The notes under the pieces are model-generated. The model saw only the letters and a list, made by a program, of their open reading frames with translations, did not search any database and was not told the origin of the DNA. A stretch of DNA of 64,000 nucleotides, from contig DNHS01000035.1 in the NCBI GenBank assembly GCA_003485765.1, positions 127,745 to 191,744 of the forward strand. The letters are read 5' to 3'. Made by a program: the position numbers and the translations under genes. Origin of the DNA: Candidatus Omnitrophota bacterium (GTDB taxonomy: Bacteria > Omnitrophota > Gorgyraeia > Gorgyraeales > Gorgyraeaceae). Positions 58,103 through 64,000 of this stretch are shown here, in pieces. Within the stretch, counting starts at the first letter, position 1; each line of letters starts with the position of its first letter.

Positions 58103-58810
58103 GTGCTTAAAAAAGAAATTTCAAAGGATTACGACAGGATTTTTTCAACGCATGGGCTGAGAACAGAAACATCGTATTACAGGTGGATTATTTCCATACT
58201 GGGAGATATGAATAGCAAAGCGCTTCTGGACATTAGCTGTGGAGAAGGGATTTTGCTGGCTGAGGCGGCAAAACAAGGCGCAAGGACATTCGGAGTAGAC
58301 ATATCCCAGGAGGCGCTTAAAAGGACGAGAGCGAGCAGCCCTGATTCATGCCTCGCGTTGAGTGACGGCGAAAAAGTCTGTCTCGGGCCTCGCGCTAAAT
58401 TTGATTATATAACTTGCCTTGGGAGCCTGGAACATTATAATTATCCTGAGGAAGGGTGCAGGGAGATCGTCAGGCTTTTAAAGCCTGACGGCAAGGCAGT
58501 CGTTGTCCTTCCGAATGAATTCTCAATGCATGTTCTTTTGGATGTTTTATTCAAAGGCAGGTCAGGGGATGACGGTTTTCAGATAATCGAGAAACTGGCG
58601 AGTTTTGGCCAGTGGAAGAAATTCCTGGAGGCAAATGGCCTGAAGATGTTAAAGGCATACAAGGTTAATGAAAGGCCTGTTTTTTGGAGAGATAGGAAAA
58701 TCCGATCCTTCAGCAAATTTTTAAGAAATCTATGGTTTTATTATTTAACCCCGTTTTATTTCGCAAGGACATTTGCATTTTTATGCGAAAAGAAGGATAA
58801 ATATGTTTAA
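58103..58810 (+). CDS. class I SAM-dependent methyltransferase
   Basis: LLDISCGEGILLAEAA. Confidence 0.7.
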   Translation: MLKKEISKDYDRIFSTHGLRTETSYYRWIISILGDMNSKALLDISCGEGILLAEAAKQGARTFGVDISQEALKRTRASSPDSCLALSDGEKVCLGPRAKFDYITCLGSLEHYNYPEEGCREIVRLLKPDGKAVVVLPNEFSMHVLLDVLFKGRSGDDGFQIIEKLASFGQWKKFLEANGLKMLKAYKVNERPVFWRDRKIRSFSKFLRNLWFYYLTPFYFARTFAFLCEKKDKYV

Positions 58811-59582
58811 AAAGATTTCAGTGGTTACAATCGCAAAAAACGAAGAAGCTAATATTGCCGCGTGTATCAATAGCGCGAAAGGCTGGGCAGATGAGCATAT
58901 AGTAGTGGATGATTTTAGCTCCGATAAGACTGTGGAGATTGCTAAGGCTAATGGCGCTATAGTTTTTCAGAGAAAGATGGACATAGAAGGCGTTCATAGG
59001 AACTGGGCGTATTCCAGGGCGAATAATGAATGGGTATTGAGCCTGGATGCGGATGAAGAAGTGACGCCTGAATTAAAAGAAGAGATAATGAGGGCGATTC
59101 AGTCAGATGATTATGTGGTTTATAATGTTCCTCTTAGGACTTACATAGGGGATTACTGGGTTAAATATGGCGGATGGTATCCTGGCCGCAAGGATAGATT
59201 ATTTAAAAAATCAGAATTTAAATATGAAGAAACTGGCGTGCATCCAAGAGTTTTTTATAAAGGCAAATGCGGCAGGTTAAATAGCGATATTATTCATAAA
59301 GGTTATGAGGATTTTGCAGAGCTTTTTAGAGGGCTTAATGGCCAGACTACTTTAGAGGCCCAGAAGTGGTTTAATGATGGCCGTAAAGTAGGCGTAGGTC
59401 TGATACTCTGGAAAGCAACTGACAGATTTTTTAGGACTTATATTGGGAAAAAAGGCCATAGAGACGGCTTAGTAGGTTTTGTAGTAGCTATGAACAGCGC
59501 GCTTTATCAAATCTTCAGCTATGTAAAATACCGGGAACTCAAGCAAAATCTGCCCTTCGGGCAGATTTTGCGCAGACCCTGA
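58773..59582 (+). CDS. family 2 glycosyltransferase
   Basis: ISVVTIAKNEEANI…VVDDFSSDKT…LDADEE. Confidence 0.7.
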   Translation: MHFYAKRRINMFKKISVVTIAKNEEANIAACINSAKGWADEHIVVDDFSSDKTVEIAKANGAIVFQRKMDIEGVHRNWAYSRANNEWVLSLDADEEVTPELKEEIMRAIQSDDYVVYNVPLRTYIGDYWVKYGGWYPGRKDRLFKKSEFKYEETGVHPRVFYKGKCGRLNSDIIHKGYEDFAELFRGLNGQTTLEAQKWFNDGRKVGVGLILWKATDRFFRTYIGKKGHRDGLVGFVVAMNSALYQIFSYVKYRELKQNLPFGQILRRP

Positions 59583-59630
59583 GCAAGGCCGAAGGCCGCG
59601 TCGAAGGGTCAAGTCGAAGGGTCAAATTGA
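59546..59630. repeat. GC-rich hairpin cluster spanning the GT2 stop codon (terminator-like / MITE-like)
   Basis: AAATCTGCCCttcGGGCAGATTT (10-bp stem) then GGCCgaaGGCC, GACCC…GGGTC and a 13-bp tandem GTCGAAGGGTCAA x2. Confidence 0.5.
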
Positions 59631-59693
59631 GCGCAAAAAGGTTGATATAATTTCCTATACTATTAAGAACAGTTTACTGCGAGGCGGAGACAA

Positions 59694-60293
59694 ATGGAAA
59701 TAACGAGATTTAAACGCAGGATTAAGGAGCTGTTTTTTCAACGCAGGAAGATGAAAGGAATAGATAAAATAGACGGGCATTTTGGATTAAATGAAGGCTA
59801 TCTTGTTTTTAATATAGCCAAATCCCTTAAAGATAATTCAGTTATACTTGAAATAGGCGCTTTTAAGGGGAAATCAACCTGTTTTATAGCTGAAGGGATC
59901 CGCGCTAAGAATTGCAGTTTTTATACCATAGACCCATGGTCTAATGATGGAATGGCGGGCGGTAGCCATGATATTTTTAATGATTTTTTAAAAAATACAG
60001 AATTTTATAAGGATAAAATAACGCCTTTGAGGGGTTATTCTTATGATATACGGAAAGATTGGCCGGAACATAGAAAAATAGATTTCTTATGGACTGACGG
60101 GGATCATTCTTACAAAGGCGTAACCCGGGATATCCATGACTGGATGCCTCTCGTAAAAAAGAATGGCTTTGTGTGTTTTCATGATTATAGGGATGAACCT
60201 GATGTGAAAAAGGCAGTAGATGAAATAACAAAGAATAGAACAATACGATTCGTAAAAACAGAAGGCTGTATTTACATGGCCAGGCGCAATTAG
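59694..60293 (+). CDS. class I SAM-dependent methyltransferase (Methyltransf_24-like)
   Basis: ILEIGAFKGKSTCF…WTDGDHSYKGV. Confidence 0.6.
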   Translation: MEITRFKRRIKELFFQRRKMKGIDKIDGHFGLNEGYLVFNIAKSLKDNSVILEIGAFKGKSTCFIAEGIRAKNCSFYTIDPWSNDGMAGGSHDIFNDFLKNTEFYKDKITPLRGYSYDIRKDWPEHRKIDFLWTDGDHSYKGVTRDIHDWMPLVKKNGFVCFHDYRDEPDVKKAVDEITKNRTIRFVKTEGCIYMARRN

Positions 60294-60309
60294 ATCTTAA
60301 AGAGGGAAA

Positions 60310-61350
60310 ATGAAAATCTTAGTAACCGGAGGCGCAGGTTTAGTAGGTTCGCATACAGCAGAGTACTACGCTAAAAAAGGCGATGAGGTTATTGCACTGG
60401 ATAACCTTATGCGTTCAAGCCTATTCGGATACAATAAAGATAGCGTGGAATTTAACTGGAATTATCTGGCGCAGTTTGACAATATAAAACGTATAAAAGG
60501 AGATGTTAGAGAAGAGCAGGATATGATGAAGGCTTTAGGAAACGGAGTGGATGCTGTCATACATACCGCGGGCCAGCCCGGAGTGCCCCTTTCCATGAAA
60601 ATCCCGAAAGAAGATTTTAGCATAAATGCGTACGGTACGTTAAATGTACTGGAGTGCGTGAGAAAGATTTGCCCTAAAGCGGCGTTTATATATTGTTCTA
60701 CCAATAAAATTTACGGAGAGAATGTAGATAAGATTTCATTGGAGGAAGAAGAGACAAGGTATGTGTATAAGAGCAAAAAAGGAATTTCTGAAGACATGTC
60801 TGTGGATTTAACATGCCATACGCCTTATGGCGCCTCAAAATATACAGGAGATATTTATACCCAGGAATACGGGCATATGTATGGCATGAAAACAGCTGTA
60901 TTCCGCATGTCGTGTATTTACGGCACAAGGCAGTTTGGCTTTGAAGACCAGGGCTGGGTGGCGTGGTTTGTTATAGCAAATCTCACAGGGCAGGATATTG
61001 TTATTTATGGAGACGGAAAACAGGTAAGGGATTTATTATATGCGGATGATTTGGTGGAGGCATATGATAAATTTATAAATAGCGATATAAAACATGACGT
61101 GTTTAATATCGGCGGAGGCCCCAGGAACACCACATCGCTTCTGGAGTTTATTAATTTAGTGGAACAGAAAACCGGCATTAAATTCAGAAAAATAGAATAT
61201 AAATCATGGAGGCCGAGCGATCAGAAAGTGTATATTTCAGATATTTCCAAGGTCTCAAAGGTTTTGAGTTGGAAACCGGGCGTTACCGTAGAAAAGGGAC
61301 TTGAAAAGTTAATAGAGTGGGTCGGGGCTAACAATAAATTTTTTATATGA
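60310..61350 (+). CDS. NAD-dependent sugar-nucleotide epimerase/dehydratase
   Basis: MKILVTGGAGLVGSHT, YGASKY. Confidence 0.7.
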   Translation: MKILVTGGAGLVGSHTAEYYAKKGDEVIALDNLMRSSLFGYNKDSVEFNWNYLAQFDNIKRIKGDVREEQDMMKALGNGVDAVIHTAGQPGVPLSMKIPKEDFSINAYGTLNVLECVRKICPKAAFIYCSTNKIYGENVDKISLEEEETRYVYKSKKGISEDMSVDLTCHTPYGASKYTGDIYTQEYGHMYGMKTAVFRMSCIYGTRQFGFEDQGWVAWFVIANLTGQDIVIYGDGKQVRDLLYADDLVEAYDKFINSDIKHDVFNIGGGPRNTTSLLEFINLVEQKTGIKFRKIEYKSWRPSDQKVYISDISKVSKVLSWKPGVTVEKGLEKLIEWVGANNKFFI

Positions 61351-61901
61351 AAGCTATATTCTTAGATAGAGACGGCGTGATAAATAGGGATCCGGGGTTC
61401 GGGGATTATATAAAGAGTTGGAAAGAGTTTGAGTTTATGCTAGGAGCGATTGATGCCATAAAGCTCCTCAATGAGCATGGCTATGAAATATTCGTGATCT
61501 CAAACCAGGCAGGCGTGGCTAAAGGGCTTTTTTCGCTAGAGGCACTGGATGATATTACAAAAAATATGCTGAAAGAGATTGAGGCAAAAGGTGGGAAGAT
61601 CAGGCAGGTTTCTTATTGCACTCACGCAACAGACGCCGGATGCGACTGCAGGAAGCCTAATACAGGACTGATAAAGAATGCCACAAAGGGCCTGGATATA
61701 GATTTTAAAAAAACATATTTTATAGGAGACTCAAGGCTTGATGTGGGAGCCGGAAAGAATATGAGCTGTAAGACGATTTTACTTCTAACAGGCAAAGAAA
61801 ATTCTGAGGATCGAAAGGCATGGGAACATAAACCTGATTTTATAATGAATAACCTCATGGAGGCTGTAAAATGGGTGTTAAAGGAAGAGCAAAAATCTTA
61901 G
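61347..61901 (+). CDS. gmhB: D,D-heptose 1,7-bisphosphate phosphatase (HAD-IIIA)
   Basis: FLDRDGVIN HAD motif I. ISNQAG. Zinc-finger YCTHATDAGCDCRKP characteristic of GmhB. Confidence 0.8.
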   Translation: MKAIFLDRDGVINRDPGFGDYIKSWKEFEFMLGAIDAIKLLNEHGYEIFVISNQAGVAKGLFSLEALDDITKNMLKEIEAKGGKIRQVSYCTHATDAGCDCRKPNTGLIKNATKGLDIDFKKTYFIGDSRLDVGAGKNMSCKTILLLTGKENSEDRKAWEHKPDFIMNNLMEAVKWVLKEEQKS

Positions 61902-62038
61902 GAGAGCTTTTTAGGTTTCTTTGGCAGAGGAAACTCTGGTGGATGATACCGATAGTAGCAGTGCTTTTATTATTAGGCCTATTAATATTCTTTACTCAGT
62001 CATCAGCAGTCGCGCCGTTTATATATACTTTATTTTAA
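61871..62038 (+). CDS. small single-TM protein (55 aa) not in the supplied ORF track
   Basis: MGVKGRAKILGELFRFLWQRKLWWMIPIVAVLLLLGLLIFFTQSSAVAPFIYTLF. Overlaps the gmhB 3' end. Resembles a conserved small-membrane-protein family (from memory). Confidence 0.35.
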   Translation: MGVKGRAKILGELFRFLWQRKLWWMIPIVAVLLLLGLLIFFTQSSAVAPFIYTLF

Positions 62039-62060
62039 CTGTGTCCGAGGTTAATTAGAG

Positions 62061-63191
62061 ATGAAGATATTAATTACATACGCTTATGCTGGAGTGGGGC
62101 ATAAAAAAGCAGCCCTGGCAATAGAAAAGGCCTTGGCCGGCCATAGCGGAGTTGAAGTTAAAAATATAGATGTCCTGGATTATACTAATGACTTTTTTAA
62201 GGCCTCTTATCCTGGTGTCTATTTATTTCTTATAAATAAAACGCCTACTTTGTGGGGGCTGTTTTATTATTTATTGGACTCTAGGGCAGTGGATTTTTTC
62301 ATGGCGCCATTGAGGAAGTTTATACATAGGCTGAATTGCAAAAAATTTATAGAGTTTGTAAAGGCTGAAAACCCTGACGTAGTGGTTTCAACGCATTTCA
62401 TGCCGAGTGAGATTATTTCCGGACTTAAAGAAAGCGGCGAGTTCAGAGGAAAGCTGGTAAATGTGGTGACTGATTTTATAGCGCATTCTTTCTGGATGGC
62501 CAGGTCCAGCGATTATTTCATAGGGGCTATTCAGAGGACTAAGAATGATCTTTTAAGGCGCGGTGTGCCTGAAGAAAAGATCAGGATCATGGGCATTCCG
62601 TGCGACCCTGTGTTCAGCATTTCAAAGGGCAGGGAAAATTTAATCAAGCAATTAGGCATAGAGTCTGGATTTTTCAATGTGCTTATAATGAGCGGAGGAT
62701 TTGGCACAGGGCCTATGAAAGAAATTGTCGCTGAAATTAATAACCTGGATCCTGATACTAGGGATAAGATGCAATTAATTACAATCTGCGGCAAAAACGA
62801 ACTTTTATTTCATGAGTTAAGAAAAATGGTTCAGGGCCTCAAGGTAAGGTTAAATGCCTTTGGTTATATGAATAATGTGGATGAATTTATGGAAGTAAGC
62901 GATATAATAGTTACTAAGCCGGGCGGCCTGACTATCTCAGAGGCGCTTTCAAAGACTTTGCCAATGATTATAGTCCAGCCGATACTGGGCCAGGAGACAA
63001 GAAATTGCAAAATTTTAACAGGATATGGGACTGCTGTAAAGGCAAAAAATACCAGAGAGGTTTGCGAGTTAATAGAAGAATTTGCTACTTCTCCTGAAAA
63101 AATGATTGGCACCAGGACCAGGATAAAGCTTCTTCGGTACCCGGACGCCGCTAAAAATATCGCAGAACTTATAATGGCACAAACAACTTGA
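62061..63191 (+). CDS. MGDG-synthase/UgtP-like (GT28) diacylglycerol glycosyltransferase
   Basis: MKILITYAYAGVGHKKAALAIEKAL N-terminus and GT28 C-terminal region (…VTKPGGLTISEALSK…). Confidence 0.7.
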   Translation: MKILITYAYAGVGHKKAALAIEKALAGHSGVEVKNIDVLDYTNDFFKASYPGVYLFLINKTPTLWGLFYYLLDSRAVDFFMAPLRKFIHRLNCKKFIEFVKAENPDVVVSTHFMPSEIISGLKESGEFRGKLVNVVTDFIAHSFWMARSSDYFIGAIQRTKNDLLRRGVPEEKIRIMGIPCDPVFSISKGRENLIKQLGIESGFFNVLIMSGGFGTGPMKEIVAEINNLDPDTRDKMQLITICGKNELLFHELRKMVQGLKVRLNAFGYMNNVDEFMEVSDIIVTKPGGLTISEALSKTLPMIIVQPILGQETRNCKILTGYGTAVKAKNTREVCELIEEFATSPEKMIGTRTRIKLLRYPDAAKNIAELIMAQTT

Positions 63192-63217
63192 CACTTTAAC
63201 ATTGTTAAAATGTCAAG

Positions 63218-63904
63218 TTGTTTGGAGAGATAGGGATTATGAATATTATAGAAATTGTTGGAACAATTGCGGATGAATTAAAAATAAAGGCGTATATTGT
63301 AGGCGGGTCTGTGAGGGATAAGCTGTTAGGTATGTCTAATTATGACCTGGATTTTGTGGTAGAAGGGGATGGGATTAAGTTTGCAGAAGTTTTGAATAAA
63401 AAATTAAAGGGCAGATTAATAACATACAAGGCATTTGGCACAGCTACTATTGAGCTTAAAGGAAAAAGGATAGATGTTGTCACTGCCAGAAAAGAGTCTT
63501 ACAAATATCCTGCAGCTTACCCTATTGTAAAACCAGGCGCGATAAAGGACGATCTATTCAGAAGGGATTTTACAATAAACGCAATGGCTCTGGCCATAGA
63601 TAAAAAAGGCTTAGGCAAATTAGTGGATTTCTACGGCGGCCAAAAAGATTTAACAAAAGGCGTGATAAGAGTATTGCATGATAAAAGTTTTATGGATGAC
63701 CCAACCAGGATTTTCAGGGCTGTGAGATTTTCAGTGAGATTTGGTTTTAAAATAGAACCGCATACGAAAAAGCTTATGAAGGAGGCGGTGCTGGACGGAT
63801 TCTTGGGCGAGGTGAATGCAGGCAGGATCAGGAAAGAGATTGAGCTATTCTTAAAAGAAAAGAATCCGAAGAAATGCTTGGATGTATTCAGTAAATTAAT
63901 GTAA
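63218..63904 (+). CDS. poly(A) polymerase / CCA-adding enzyme head-domain protein (short form, 228 aa)
   Basis: YIVGGSVRDKLLGMSNYDLDFVV (GGxVRD…DxD) and RxxFTINAMA. Terminates well short of the usual about 400 aa. Confidence 0.55.
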   Translation: MFGEIGIMNIIEIVGTIADELKIKAYIVGGSVRDKLLGMSNYDLDFVVEGDGIKFAEVLNKKLKGRLITYKAFGTATIELKGKRIDVVTARKESYKYPAAYPIVKPGAIKDDLFRRDFTINAMALAIDKKGLGKLVDFYGGQKDLTKGVIRVLHDKSFMDDPTRIFRAVRFSVRFGFKIEPHTKKLMKEAVLDGFLGEVNAGRIRKEIELFLKEKNPKKCLDVFSKLM

Positions 63905-63914
63905 AGGAGCGGAA

Positions 63915-64000
63915 ATGGGAATACGGTCAGAGAGAGTCGAAGGCCAGTTAAAAAAAGAAATCTCAAAAATATTACAGGAAGACCTGAAGGATCCGCGCAT
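63915..64000 (+). CDS. rbfA: ribosome-binding factor A, N-terminal part (3' end outside window)
   Basis: MGIRSERVEGQLKKEISKILQEDLKDPR matches the RbfA N-terminus. GGAG RBS. Confidence 0.55.
   Translation, partial: MGIRSERVEGQLKKEISKILQEDLKDPR

Noticed and set aside
58325-58400. GC-rich stretch inside the methyltransferase gene 58103-58810
   Set aside because: Contains short direct repeats (cctcgcg x2) but no convincing inverted-repeat structure. Probably ordinary coding sequence for the region between motif I and later motifs.
1-64000. CRISPR arrays, rRNA/tRNA genes, transposases/integrases
   Set aside because: No regularly spaced direct repeats with unique spacers, no rRNA/tRNA-like structure and no recombinase-like ORF were seen anywhere in the window.

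Overview
The window is a low-GC (about 32%) bacterial chromosome segment in which nearly every gene is on the + strand; the one convincing minus-strand gene is 48046-48624. Most of it is one very large glycan-biosynthesis supercluster: at least 15 glycosyltransferases (GT2, GT4, GT9, GT28, two ArnT/PMT-like GT39/83 membrane enzymes), at least 11 class-I SAM methyltransferases, two radical SAM enzymes (one with a SPASM tail), a Wzx-type flippase, an MBOAT/AlgJ-like O-acetylation pair, a hexapeptide acetyltransferase, a DegT aminotransferase and five SDR epimerase/reductases. It also carries a complete ADP-heptose branch (GmhA, an HldE with swapped domain order, GmhB, a GT9 heptosyltransferase and a split transketolase) and an AsnB-type amidotransferase. 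The most unusual feature is a roughly 12-kb mosaic island (about 24966-37290) wrapped around asnB. The island is built from small self-contained modules: a secreted PLD/HKD protein; a translationally coupled wHTH-nucleotidyltransferase/HEPN/TIM-barrel triplet; Phd-RelE; a frameshifted Bro-N/DinD gene; an AbrB antitoxin with a toxin remnant; an AbiEii nucleotidyltransferase followed by an XRE-HTH protein; and RHH-MazF followed directly by a prodomain-less papain-like C1 peptidase. The modules are joined by three families of direct repeats and a recurring ATGTGTCT/AGACACAT motif. The left edge carries a degenerate duplicate of the first 84 bp of asnB, which points to insertion by recombination at the asnB start. 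A second pattern runs through the window: GC-rich nested palindromic (MITE/RPE-like) elements lie in-frame inside several glycosyltransferase and SDR genes. Protein family calls rest on motifs read by eye, and no searches were run.
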